A model generated the notes under the pieces. The model searched no databases. It saw only the letters and a program-made list of their open reading frames with translations, and had not been told where the DNA came from. Position numbers and translations under genes: made by a program. A stretch of 64,000 bases of DNA from an uncultured Actinomycetota bacterium (GTDB lineage: Bacteria; Actinomycetota; Acidimicrobiia; Acidimicrobiales; RAAP-2), in assembly GCA_963805595.1 (NCBI GenBank), contig CAWDUM010000003.1:112369-176368 (forward strand), read 5' to 3'. Every line of letters begins with the position of its first letter. The first letter of the stretch is position 1. Below, in pieces: positions 38,581-47,975 of the stretch.

Positions 38581-38604
38581 GGGTAAACAGTACACTTCGC
38601 CTCC

Positions 38605-39534
38605 GTGAGGCCCCTCCTCGACGAGTTGGTCGACGTGAGCGACGAGGTGCGCGACGCGTTGTCCGAGGGGCGCGGCGTCGTCGCGCTAGAGACGACGATC
38701 GTCGTCCAGGGTCTTCCGGCACCGGTGAACCTCGAGGTGGCCCGAGAGTGCGAGGCCGCGGTGCGCGACGCCGGCGCGGCGCCCGCGACGATCGGCGTGC
38801 TCGGCGGACGCGTCGTCGTCGGGCTCAGCGAGCACCAGCTGCGCGACCTCGCCGACCCCGAACGGCACGCCGCGAAGCTCTCTGCGCGCGACCTGGGGCT
38901 CGCCGTCGCCCGACGTGGTGACGGCGCGACAACGGTGGCCGGCACCATCAGCGTGGCGAGCCGGGTCGGCATCGAGGTCATGGCGACCGGAGGCCTCGGA
39001 GGGGTGCATCGTGACGCGCGAGACAGCTTCGACGAGTCGTCCGATCTCACCACGCTGGCGCGCAACCAGGTCTTGGTGGTCGCGTCCGGAGTCAAGTCGA
39101 TACTGGACATCGGAGCCACGCTCGAGCGCCTGGACACGCTGGGCGTGCCGGTGGCCGGCTTTCGCACGGGTGCGTTTCCCGGTTTCTACCGGAGCGAGAG
39201 CGGGTTCGCGCTCGACTGGAGACTCGACGACGAGGCGCAGGCGGCGTCGGCGTTCCTGGCGCACCGCGCGCTGTCCTCGACGGGCTTCCTCGTCGCCAAC
39301 CCGGTCGACCCGACGAGCCAGCTCCCCGCCGAACTCCACGACGGCGCCCTCGCGAGCGCGCTCGAGCGGGCCCACGCCCTCGGCGTGCACGGCAAGGAGG
39401 TGACCCCGGTGCTGCTCGCCGAGTTCGCCCGCTACACCGCGGGCGTCAGCGTCGAGGTGAACCGCGAGTTGGTCGTGGCGAACGCGGGACTGGCCGCGAG
39501 GATCAGTGTCGCGATCGCCCGGGAGCGCGAGTGA
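38605..39534 (+). CDS. psuG: pseudouridine-5'-phosphate glycosidase
   Basis: IndA/PsuG pattern: VVALETTIVVQGLP, ATIGVLGGRVVVGL, VMATGGLGGVHRD, DLTTLAR, VVASGVKSILD. Confidence 0.85.
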   Translation: MRPLLDELVDVSDEVRDALSEGRGVVALETTIVVQGLPAPVNLEVARECEAAVRDAGAAPATIGVLGGRVVVGLSEHQLRDLADPERHAAKLSARDLGLAVARRGDGATTVAGTISVASRVGIEVMATGGLGGVHRDARDSFDESSDLTTLARNQVLVVASGVKSILDIGATLERLDTLGVPVAGFRTGAFPGFYRSESGFALDWRLDDEAQAASAFLAHRALSSTGFLVANPVDPTSQLPAELHDGALASALERAHALGVHGKEVTPVLLAEFARYTAGVSVEVNRELVVANAGLAARISVAIARERE

Positions 39535-40418
39535 ACGACGGCCACGTCGTGGTGCTCGGCGACGTGATGCTCGACGTGGTCGTGAAGCCGGACGCCGCGA
39601 TCGCCCCTACCAGTGACACGCCGTCGCGAGTGCGGATGGGGCGCGGGGGAGCGGCGGCGAACATGGCCGAGGCACTCGTGCGGGCCGGACACCACGTGAC
39701 GTTCGTCGGAGCGTGCGGCGACGACCTCGCGTCGCGACTCTTCGAGGACGCCCTCGCGGGCCTCGGCGTCGACGTCGAGCTCGAACACGTCGAGCAGTCC
39801 ACGGGCGTGGTCGTCGCGGTCGTGGACGACGCGGGTCAGCGCGCGATGATGACCGACCGCGGGGCGAACTCGTCGCTCGGACTCCGCCACGTACTCAAGC
39901 AGCTCGAAGGTCGTTTTAGCCACCTCCACGTGTCCGGGTACACGCTGCTCGATCCACGCACGACCGATGTCGGCCGCCGGGCCCTCGCGCGGGCGGGCGA
40001 GCTCGGACGCTCGACGTCCGTCGACGTGTGCTCCGTCGCGCCGCTTCTCGAGATGACGCCGGCGGCGTTCCTGCGGGCGGCGTCAGGGGCACGGATGCTG
40101 TTCTCCAACGAGGAGGAGGCGGTGACGTTGAGCGGCGCCGCGGACGTTGATGCCGCGATGGACCGACTGTCGAGGGTGTTCAGTGAAGTGATGGTCACCC
40201 GAGGCGGAAGGGGCGCGCGGGCTCGTCATGACGGCGTCGACTACGAAGCAGGCACGATGAGCGTCGAGGTCATCGACACGACCGGTGCCGGCGACGCCGC
40301 AACGGGCGCCTACCTGGGCCTGCGGCTGCGCGAGGGATCGATCGAGGATGCTCTGCGGGCCGCGATGACGGCCTCGGCCCTGGTCGTGGGGGGCCTCGGC
40401 TCGCGCGGCTCGTCGTGA
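39531..40418 (+). CDS. psuK: PfkB-family carbohydrate/nucleoside kinase, probable pseudouridine kinase
   Basis: PfkB signatures (GGAAANMA; DTTGAGDAATGAY). The GTG overlaps the psuG stop. The substrate is inferred from coupling to psuG. Confidence 0.7.
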   Translation: MNDGHVVVLGDVMLDVVVKPDAAIAPTSDTPSRVRMGRGGAAANMAEALVRAGHHVTFVGACGDDLASRLFEDALAGLGVDVELEHVEQSTGVVVAVVDDAGQRAMMTDRGANSSLGLRHVLKQLEGRFSHLHVSGYTLLDPRTTDVGRRALARAGELGRSTSVDVCSVAPLLEMTPAAFLRAASGARMLFSNEEEAVTLSGAADVDAAMDRLSRVFSEVMVTRGGRGARARHDGVDYEAGTMSVEVIDTTGAGDAATGAYLGLRLREGSIEDALRAAMTASALVVGGLGSRGSS

Positions 40419-40702
40419 GACCACGGCCCTCGCGTTCCCGGGCGGGCTCGGTCGACCGGGCGCACCAACGACGACGGCGGTGACAAGCGGAGACATCCGC
40501 GGGAGCCAGGCCGACGTCGGCGCCGGGTTTTGTGGGGCTTTGACGGACGATCTAGGACGTTACGAAAGCGGACGGTGTGGCGACCGCGGGGGGCGGGAGC
40601 GCCCGGCGGGCATTGGGGTTCCTTGTTATGCTCACGCTCGGAATGATGTCCCAGACGTCAACGGCTTCTCACGAACCGTCCAAGAAACCAAAGGGGATTG
40701 CA

Positions 40703-41875
40703 ATGAATTCAATTGGAAGGGGCCGCGTGGGGCGTTTCGCTCTCTCGGCCACTACCGCCTGCCTGCTGCTCACGGGAGTGGCCATCGGAGCGACCGGCTC
40801 GGTGAGCTCGGCCACCTCGATGTACCACAAGACGCTGGCCTGTGAGGTCACCGACACAGGTGGCATCAACGACCGGTCGTTCAACGCGTCGGCCTACCTG
40901 GGCCTGAAGCAGGCCGTGGCGGTCGCCCCGAAGTTCATCACGCAAAAGGTGCAGTCGACGCCGTCGAACGGCACCGAATCCACCTACGAGACGGAGATCT
41001 CGTCGTTCATCTCGCAGCACTGCAACATCATCATCACGGTCGGCTTCTTGATGTCGGACGCCACCTGGAACGCCGCGCAGAAGAACAAGATGGACCACTT
41101 CGCGCAGGTTGACAACGGAAACCAGAGCCCCGGCAAGGACGGCGTTGCGGTGAAGCCCTACACGGGGACCGCCAAGAACATCCTGGGCCTGACCTACGAG
41201 ACGCAGCAGGACGCGTTCCTCGGCGGCTACGAGGCGGCGGCGTACGCCGCGGCGCACAACTCGGCCGCGCCCAAGGTCGCCACGTACGGCGGTGAGCAGT
41301 TCAGCTCCGTCACCTACTACATGGACGGCTTCTACGACGGCGTCATGTACTACAACACGAACATGAAGCCCAAGGTCCCGGTCACGGTGCTGGGTTGGAA
41401 CGAGAAGACCCAAAAGGGCACCTTCATCGGCTCCTTCACTGACCAGAACACCGCGGCGACCGACACCACCGCGTTCCTGACCCAGGGTGCGACGACCGTC
41501 TTCCCGGTGGCCGGATCCGACGGTCTCGGCACGACGTCCGCCGTCAAGACGTGGAACGCCGCCCACACGCTCAAGGCGAACGTGGAGTGGGTGGACACGG
41601 ACGGCTGCGTCAACGACCCGGCCGACTGCAACCTGTTCCTCAACTCGGTCACCAAGGGCGTGACGGCCTCCGTGAAGGCGGCGGTGCTCGATCAGGCCGA
41701 GGGCAAGTTCAAGGGTGGTGACTACATCGGCACGCTGAAGAACGGTGGCGCCGCGTTCATCCAGGACCACGGCACGATGGGCAAGGCGAACAGCGCCAAG
41801 ACCGTCGCCGAGATCGCGACCCTTACCAAGGGCATCGAGGATGGCATGATCAAGATCCCGGTGGGCGGCAAGTAG
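40703..41875 (+). CDS. BMP-family (PnrA/Med-like) ABC transporter substrate-binding protein, probable nucleoside binder
   Basis: DTGGINDRSFNASAYLGLKQA is typical of basic-membrane-protein family binders. The ATG at 40703 follows AAAGGGGA; the ORF is open from 40577. Confidence 0.85.
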   Translation: MNSIGRGRVGRFALSATTACLLLTGVAIGATGSVSSATSMYHKTLACEVTDTGGINDRSFNASAYLGLKQAVAVAPKFITQKVQSTPSNGTESTYETEISSFISQHCNIIITVGFLMSDATWNAAQKNKMDHFAQVDNGNQSPGKDGVAVKPYTGTAKNILGLTYETQQDAFLGGYEAAAYAAAHNSAAPKVATYGGEQFSSVTYYMDGFYDGVMYYNTNMKPKVPVTVLGWNEKTQKGTFIGSFTDQNTAATDTTAFLTQGATTVFPVAGSDGLGTTSAVKTWNAAHTLKANVEWVDTDGCVNDPADCNLFLNSVTKGVTASVKAAVLDQAEGKFKGGDYIGTLKNGGAAFIQDHGTMGKANSAKTVAEIATLTKGIEDGMIKIPVGGK

Positions 41876-41897
41876 TAGCGACTCACCAGAACGTGCG

Positions 41898-41931
41898 AAC
41901 GGGGGCCGAATCTTCGGATTCGGCCCCCGTT
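41898..41931 (+). terminator. perfect 15-bp stem / TTCG-loop hairpin between the binding-protein gene and the ATPase gene (intra-operon attenuator or terminator)
   Basis: AACGGGGGCCGAATC-TTCG-GATTCGGCCCCCGTT with no mismatch. Begins 22 nt after the stop codon. Confidence 0.7.
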
Positions 41932-41962
41932 GCATTTCGCCATCCGGTTAGGTTTGGGATTC

Positions 41963-43486
41963 ATGAAGCTGGAACTTCGAGCGGTCACTAAGAACTTCGG
42001 CTCGCTCGCGGCCAACAAGAATGTCGACCTCGTCGTCGAGCCGGGGCAGATACACGGTCTCCTCGGAGAGAACGGTGCGGGCAAGACCACGCTGATGAAC
42101 GTGCTGTACGGGATGATCACGCCGGACAGCGGGCAGATACTGATCAATGACGAGGTCGTGACGATCCGCGACCCGAAGGACGCCGTCGGACAGCGAATCG
42201 GCATGGTGCACCAGCACTTCATGCTCATTCCGGTGTTCACCGTCACCGACAACATCATCCTCGGGAGCGAGCCCGTCAAGCCCTGGCCGTTCATCGACCA
42301 TCGCAGCGCCACGGAGCGCATCGTCGAGCTCTCCGAGGAGTACAGCTTCGACATCGACCCCGACGCGACCATCGAGAACCTCCCGATCGGCACCCAGCAG
42401 CGCGTGGAGATCCTCAAGGCGCTCAGCCACGACGCGGAGATCCTCATCCTCGACGAGCCGACGGCGGTCCTCACGCCCCAGGAGGCCGACGCGCTCATGG
42501 TCGTGATGCGCACGCTCAAATCCCAGGGCAAGTCCATCATCTTCATCACGCACAAGCTGAAAGAGGTGCTCGAGATCGCCGACGTCATCACCGTGATGCG
42601 CCTCGGCAAGGTCGTGGGCACGACGACGCCCGCCGAGACCGATGAGGCGGCGCTGGCCACCATGATGGTGGGCCGCGACGTCAGTCTCGTGGTGGAGAAG
42701 CCGCCCGCGAACACGGGTGACGTGGTCCTAAAGGTCCGGGACCTCTTCGTCCAGGACGATCGGGGCCTGACCGCCGTCAAGGGCTTGTCCTTCGAGGTCC
42801 GGGCGGGTGAGATCCTCGCCTTCGCGGGGGTACAGGGCAACGGACAGACCGAGCTCGTCGAGGCGCTCACCGGGCTGCGTCGCGCGACGGCGGGATCGGT
42901 GGTCGTCAACGGCGTCGAGTTGCTCGGCCGTACGGTGCGCGACGTGCTCGATTCCGGATTGGGTCACGTCCCCGAAGACCGACAGCGTCACGGCCTGGTG
43001 ATGACGATGTCGGTCGCGGACAACCTCGTCCTCGACCAGCTGGGCAGTCCGAAGTACAAGGCGTGGTGGGGTCGCAAGCTCAAGGCGATCGCGGAGAACG
43101 GAACCCACCGCATCGCCGAATACGACATCCGCGCCCAGGATGAAGCCGAGCCCCTCAGCGCCCTCTCGGGCGGCAACCAGCAGAAGGTCGTCATGGCGCG
43201 CGAGCTCTCTCGAGAACTCAAGGTCCTGGTCTGCGCGCAGCCCACCCGCGGACTCGACGTGGGTTCGATCGAGTTCATGCACCGCCAGATCGTCGCGATC
43301 CGTGACCAAGGGGTGGCGGTCGTGATCGTCTCGAGCGAGCTCGACGAGGTCATCGCGCTCGGCGACCGCGTGGCGGTCCTCTACGACGGAGTGATCCAGG
43401 ACATAGTGCCGCCGACGACGAGCCGTGAGGATCTGGGACTCCTCATGGCCGGTTCGCGTCCGGTGGCGGCGGGGGCCATCGCGTGA
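41963..43486 (+). CDS. ABC transporter ATP-binding protein with duplicated ATPase domains (sugar/nucleoside importer type)
   Basis: Two NBDs: GENGAGKTT / ILILDEPTA, and a degenerate second Walker A (GVQGNGQTE) with LSGGNQQK. ATG 41963 (MKLELRAVTKNFG) chosen as start. Confidence 0.9.
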   Translation: MKLELRAVTKNFGSLAANKNVDLVVEPGQIHGLLGENGAGKTTLMNVLYGMITPDSGQILINDEVVTIRDPKDAVGQRIGMVHQHFMLIPVFTVTDNIILGSEPVKPWPFIDHRSATERIVELSEEYSFDIDPDATIENLPIGTQQRVEILKALSHDAEILILDEPTAVLTPQEADALMVVMRTLKSQGKSIIFITHKLKEVLEIADVITVMRLGKVVGTTTPAETDEAALATMMVGRDVSLVVEKPPANTGDVVLKVRDLFVQDDRGLTAVKGLSFEVRAGEILAFAGVQGNGQTELVEALTGLRRATAGSVVVNGVELLGRTVRDVLDSGLGHVPEDRQRHGLVMTMSVADNLVLDQLGSPKYKAWWGRKLKAIAENGTHRIAEYDIRAQDEAEPLSALSGGNQQKVVMARELSRELKVLVCAQPTRGLDVGSIEFMHRQIVAIRDQGVAVVIVSSELDEVIALGDRVAVLYDGVIQDIVPPTTSREDLGLLMAGSRPVAAGAIA

Positions 43487-44754
43487 CCGCTGGTGTCGTC
43501 GCCCCGGCGCCGCGATCAAGTCGGCTGCTCGAGATCGCCCTACGCGTTCGGCGCGCGAACATGGCGCTGGTGCTGCTGCTCGCGCTGTTCGTCGGACTGA
43601 CGATCGGGGCCGTCATGATCATCGTGACCACGCCGACGCTCGTGCACTCCTGGGCGACGTTCTTCTCCCACCCGGGCAAGACGATCTCTGAGAACTTCAA
43701 CACCGTCTGGTTCGCCTACGAGTGGATCTTCCAAGGAGCGCTGTTCAACTTCCACTCGGTTCGGGTCCTCATCGATCACCCGGACAAGGCCAACCTGGCC
43801 ACCGCCCTGGGACCGATCTCGCTCACGCTTCAGGACGCGACACCTCTGATCGTCGCGGGCCTCGGCCTCGCGATCGGCTTTCGCAGCAACATCTTCGACA
43901 TCGGCGGTCAGGGCCAGGTCATCGCCGGCGGCCTCATCGCGGGCCTGATCGGATTCAGCCTTCACTTGTCGCCGATCCTTCAGGTCTCCCTCGAACTGTT
44001 CGGCGCGATGTTCGCCGGCGCCCTTCTCGCTTCACTGGCGGGCGTCCTCAAGGCCTATACCGGCGCCCACGAAGTGATCGTCACCATGATGAGCAACTAC
44101 ATCATGCTCCTACTGATGGGATACCTCCTGATCACAAATCTGTTCGCTCGGCCCGGCGTGAAGGACGGCGCCTCCAAGGCCGTGACGCCGAGCGGACAGC
44201 TGCCCTTCTTCTTCTCGCACCTGAGCTCCGGTCTCCTGGTCAATGTCGGATTCCTGATCGCGCTCGCGACGGTGTTCGTGGTCCAGTGGTTCTTCGACCG
44301 GTCAAAGACCGGCTTCGAGCTGCTGATGGTGGGACAGAACGGCGAAGCCGCACGGACCGCCGGGGTCAACGCCAAGCGCACGACGATCATCATCCTCTGC
44401 CTCGCCGGCGCGTTCTGCGGTCTCGCGGGCATGCTGGAACTGACGGGCGTGGACCATTTCCTCACCCCGAACTTCGGCAGCTCCTACGGCTTCGACGCCA
44501 TCACCGTCGCCCTGCTCGGCCGCAACCGGCCGTGGGGGGTCTTCTTCGGCGCGATCTTCTTCGGTGCGATGTACGCGGGCGGTGAAGCCATGCAGGCCTT
44601 CACGCCGACCAACATCCAGTACTCCCTCGCGCAGGTCATACAGGCGGTCGTCGTGTTCTGCGTCGCCACGCCCGCGCTGATCGTCGAGATATTCCGTCTC
44701 GTCGACAACGGGCGGTTCCGTGCGTCGGGCGCTTCGGGGGGCTGGGCAAAGTGA
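43483..44754 (+). CDS. ABC transporter permease (BMP-system, NupP/YufP-like)
   Basis: Polytopic. Overlaps the upstream stop (GTGA). NIFDIGGQGQ is typical of this permease family. Confidence 0.85.
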   Translation: MTAGVVAPAPRSSRLLEIALRVRRANMALVLLLALFVGLTIGAVMIIVTTPTLVHSWATFFSHPGKTISENFNTVWFAYEWIFQGALFNFHSVRVLIDHPDKANLATALGPISLTLQDATPLIVAGLGLAIGFRSNIFDIGGQGQVIAGGLIAGLIGFSLHLSPILQVSLELFGAMFAGALLASLAGVLKAYTGAHEVIVTMMSNYIMLLLMGYLLITNLFARPGVKDGASKAVTPSGQLPFFFSHLSSGLLVNVGFLIALATVFVVQWFFDRSKTGFELLMVGQNGEAARTAGVNAKRTTIIILCLAGAFCGLAGMLELTGVDHFLTPNFGSSYGFDAITVALLGRNRPWGVFFGAIFFGAMYAGGEAMQAFTPTNIQYSLAQVIQAVVVFCVATPALIVEIFRLVDNGRFRASGASGGWAK

Positions 44755-46289
44755 GCGTCACCTCGACCAGCGCCGGCCACGAGGTCGTCCACCCCGAGAT
44801 CGTCACGCTCCAGAACCTGCGTCGCGTCACCCGCGAGCGCGCACTGGGCTACGGGATCACCATGGTCCTGCTCGGCCTGCTGGAGGTCCTCTGGTTCGGC
44901 GGCGCGCGGTCCGCGCTCGAGACGACGATCGAGCTGGGCTACAACAGCTCGACGGCGATGCCGTCGATGGCCGGTGCCCTCCGGGTCGTCCCTCTCCTCA
45001 TCGGCCTGCTCTTGCTCGCCCCCGTGGTTTCCCCGGTCGCGCGTCAACACCTCCCCGCGCGCTTCAAGGTCACGAAGGGCGTGCGCGCCCTCCTCGTCAT
45101 CGTCGGGGGCTACCTCATCATTTGGCCGGTCGCGCTGTGGCTGGGTGTCAACAACCACGGGGTGCTGCGGACGTTGACGATCCCGGTGTCGACGGCGGGC
45201 TACGTCATCGGGATCCTGACCCTCGCGGGGGGTGGCCTCCTGGCGTGGCGACGGTTCGACCGGAGCGCTTCGCCGTTGCTCTACGCCGGCCTGACGTTCT
45301 TCCTCCTCGGTTTCCTCGTCTGGGTCGCGCGCGGGTCCAACGTGTCCGGACTGCACCTGCAGCTCACCGGGATCCTCGCCGCGGCGGTGGGGGCCGCGAC
45401 GTTCCTCATCTTCGGGTCGCTGTCGGGAACGCTGTGTGAGCGATCCGGCGTCGTCAACATCGCGATCGAGGGCCAGTTCATGATGGGGGCGATGTCGTCG
45501 GTCATGGTCGTGAGTGCCATGAACGGGAGCGGAATCTCGCTCTTGCTCGGCGTCGTCGTCGCGGGGTTGATCGGGGCCGTCCTCGGCTGGGTCCTGGCGG
45601 TGATGTCCCTGCGCTACCAGGCGAACCAGATCATCGTCGGTATCGTTATCGTCGCCTTTTGCACGGCCCTGACCCAGTTCATCATGTTCCAGGTCCTCAC
45701 CACCCACGAGAACCTCAACGGCGCGTTCCCGCTGCCCGTGTGGGCTGTCCCGTTCCTCTGCCACATCCCGATCATCGGCCCGATCGCCTTCGATCAGAAC
45801 ATCCTGGTGTACGTCGCGGTCCTCGGGGTCATCACCGCCAACGTCGCGCTCTTCCGCACCAAGTGGGGCCTGCGCGTGCGCTCGGTCGGGGAGAAGCCCA
45901 TCGCCTCAGAGACCGTGGGGGTCAGCGTCACGCGGATGCGCTACGGCGCCGTCATCCTCGGGGGATTCGTCGCTGGACTCGGCGGCGCCGCGTTCACGAT
46001 CGGACCCGGGACGAACTTCACCTTCGGCATGACGAACGGTTACGGCTACATCGCGCTCGCCATCATGATCTTCGGCCGATGGCGGCCATACGGGGCGCTG
46101 ATGGCGTCGCTCCTCTTCGGGTTCGCGATCGCGCTCAGCGCGAACCTCAACATCTACTTGGAACAGCTGGTCATTCCCCAGCAGTTCATCAGCATGCTGC
46201 CCTACCTCATCACGATCGCGGCGGTGGCGGGGCTGGTCGGGCGGATACGCCCGCCCGCCGCGGACGGCGTGCCCTTCAGCCGCGAGTAA
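44751..46289 (+). CDS. ABC transporter permease (BMP-system, NupQ/YufQ-like) with an extended N-terminus
   Basis: Polytopic. The core begins around CERSGVVNIAIEGQFMMG. GTGA overlap with the previous permease. Confidence 0.85.
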   Translation: MSVTSTSAGHEVVHPEIVTLQNLRRVTRERALGYGITMVLLGLLEVLWFGGARSALETTIELGYNSSTAMPSMAGALRVVPLLIGLLLLAPVVSPVARQHLPARFKVTKGVRALLVIVGGYLIIWPVALWLGVNNHGVLRTLTIPVSTAGYVIGILTLAGGGLLAWRRFDRSASPLLYAGLTFFLLGFLVWVARGSNVSGLHLQLTGILAAAVGAATFLIFGSLSGTLCERSGVVNIAIEGQFMMGAMSSVMVVSAMNGSGISLLLGVVVAGLIGAVLGWVLAVMSLRYQANQIIVGIVIVAFCTALTQFIMFQVLTTHENLNGAFPLPVWAVPFLCHIPIIGPIAFDQNILVYVAVLGVITANVALFRTKWGLRVRSVGEKPIASETVGVSVTRMRYGAVILGGFVAGLGGAAFTIGPGTNFTFGMTNGYGYIALAIMIFGRWRPYGALMASLLFGFAIALSANLNIYLEQLVIPQQFISMLPYLITIAAVAGLVGRIRPPAADGVPFSRE

Positions 46290-46292
46290 TCG

Positions 46293-46320
46293 CGACGGGC
46301 TCGACGGCGAGCCATCGTCG
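46293..46320. terminator. candidate hairpin between convergent genes
   Basis: CGACGGGCTCG-ACGG-CGAGCC(AT)CGTCG begins 4 nt after the permease stop. Imperfect, with no T-tract. Confidence 0.35.
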
Positions 46321-46406
46321 ACACGGACCCCGCGGACCCGGTGAGGGAATCGCGCGCCGCCGCCCGCTCGGACGCCCGCGCGGCGCGCCCGGCTCGGGTC
46401 GGCCGC

Positions 46407-47924
46407 TCAGGCGGTTTCGAAGGGAAACGGCGTGTCGACCTCCGCGGGCGGCGCGACCGACGCCGCCATGGATCGACCGGTGCCGCGCGGCAGGGCGAAG
46501 GACACCAGGAACGCGACGACGGTCACGCCGGCGGAGATCACGAACACCCGCTGGTAGCCATCGGTGTAGGCCGACGCCCGCGACACCGTGTGGATCGCGC
46601 TGTGTGTCACGTCGGTGGCGACCGTGGCCAGCAGGGCGAGCGCGATCGAGCCGCCGACCTGGCGCGCGGTGTTCAAGAGGCCCGACGCCAGACCGGCGTC
46701 GGCGCGGTCGACGCCCGAGGTGGCCGCCGTGGCCAGCGGCGCGAACAGCAGGCCCATCGCGAAGGCGCAGACGAACGAGGGAGCCAGGATGTGCCCGGCG
46801 TAGGAGTCGGCGGGCTTGATGAGCGAGATCCACAGGAACCCCAGGGTCGCCAGCACCGCGCCGACCTGCAGCAGCGGTCGCACCCCGGTCCTCGTGAGGA
46901 GGCGCGATGACAGCTGAGCGCCGATGATGATGGCCACGGCCATCGGGAAGAAGGCGAAGCCGGCCTTGACGGGTCCGTAGCCGAGGACGAACTGGAAGTA
47001 GTACGTCAAGAAGTACCACATCGCGAAGAACGCCCCGCCAATGAGGAACATCATGAGATTGGCCGTCGTGAGCGGTCGAGACTTGAAGATCTTGAACGGA
47101 ACCAGGGGATGTGACGCGACCTTGGCCTCCCAGAAGATGAACGACGCCAGAAGCGCCAGACCGAGGAACAGCCACTCGAGCGTCGCAGGCGAGGTCCACG
47201 CGTGCGTCGTCGTGTTCACCACCGCGTAGATCGCCGACGCGAGCCCGCCGGTCACGAGGACCGATCCCGTGACGTCGAGCTTGATCGTGGCGTCGCGGTT
47301 GCGCATCTCGCGCAGGTACAAGACGGCGACGGAACCGGCGGCGATGCCGAGGGGCACGTTGATGAAGAAGACCCAGCGCCACGAAGCCCAGCCGGTCAGG
47401 ATGCCCCCGAGGAGACCACCGACGGCGCCGCCGGCCCCCGCGACGGCGCTCCAGGCGCCGATGGCCTTGGGCAGGCGCGACCCGTGGAACGTGGTGACGA
47501 TGATCGTGAGCGTCGCGGGCGAGAGGATGGCGCCACCGAGTCCCTGCACCGCGCGTATCGCGATCATCTGGGCACCCGTCTGGGCGACGCCCGCTCCGAT
47601 GCTGGCGAGCGTGAAGATGATGATGCCGGTGACGTAGACCTTGCGTCGGCCGAAGAAGTCGCTGGCGCGTCCGCCCAGCAACAAGAAGCCCGCGAAGGTC
47701 AGCACGTAGGCGTTGACGACCCACTGCGCACTGCTCTGCGTGAAGTGCAGGTCGTGTCCCATGCGCGGCAGCGCGACGTTCACGATGGAGACGTCCAGGA
47801 CCACCATGAACTGCGCGATGCAGGCGATGCTGAGGATCAGCCAGTCGGGCGCGTGACGATGGATCGGCTCGACGTCGAGGGGGCTGGCGGACATCTGCCT
47901 GAGTGTAATTGTGACGTGTTGCAT
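46407..47924 (-). CDS. MFS transporter, DHA2 (EmrB/QacA, 14-TMS) drug-efflux family
   Basis: 505 aa. FMVVLDVSIVNVALP and GGRASDFFGRRKVY motifs. Confidence 0.85.
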   Translation of the reverse strand: MQHVTITLRQMSASPLDVEPIHRHAPDWLILSIACIAQFMVVLDVSIVNVALPRMGHDLHFTQSSAQWVVNAYVLTFAGFLLLGGRASDFFGRRKVYVTGIIIFTLASIGAGVAQTGAQMIAIRAVQGLGGAILSPATLTIIVTTFHGSRLPKAIGAWSAVAGAGGAVGGLLGGILTGWASWRWVFFINVPLGIAAGSVAVLYLREMRNRDATIKLDVTGSVLVTGGLASAIYAVVNTTTHAWTSPATLEWLFLGLALLASFIFWEAKVASHPLVPFKIFKSRPLTTANLMMFLIGGAFFAMWYFLTYYFQFVLGYGPVKAGFAFFPMAVAIIIGAQLSSRLLTRTGVRPLLQVGAVLATLGFLWISLIKPADSYAGHILAPSFVCAFAMGLLFAPLATAATSGVDRADAGLASGLLNTARQVGGSIALALLATVATDVTHSAIHTVSRASAYTDGYQRVFVISAGVTVVAFLVSFALPRGTGRSMAASVAPPAEVDTPFPFETA

Positions 47925-47975
47925 CCGGACACCCGCGACTTTTTCCCTGATCGCGAAATCGGTCAGAATTGATTC

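Noticed and set aside
38165-38722. N-terminal extension of the thymidine phosphorylase ORF (36884..38722)
   Set aside because: The extension is Arg-rich and overlaps cdd and psuG. The conserved N-terminus starts at VSLSAVDVISTKRDGG, with a GTGA overlap to cdd.
40419-40702. Possible purine/nucleoside riboswitch in the 284-bp leader of the BMP transporter operon
   Set aside because: I could not find the conserved cores of purine, 2'-dG, ZTP or PRPP riboswitches by eye, nor a convincing expression platform. I left it as an unannotated leader. An Infernal scan would settle it.
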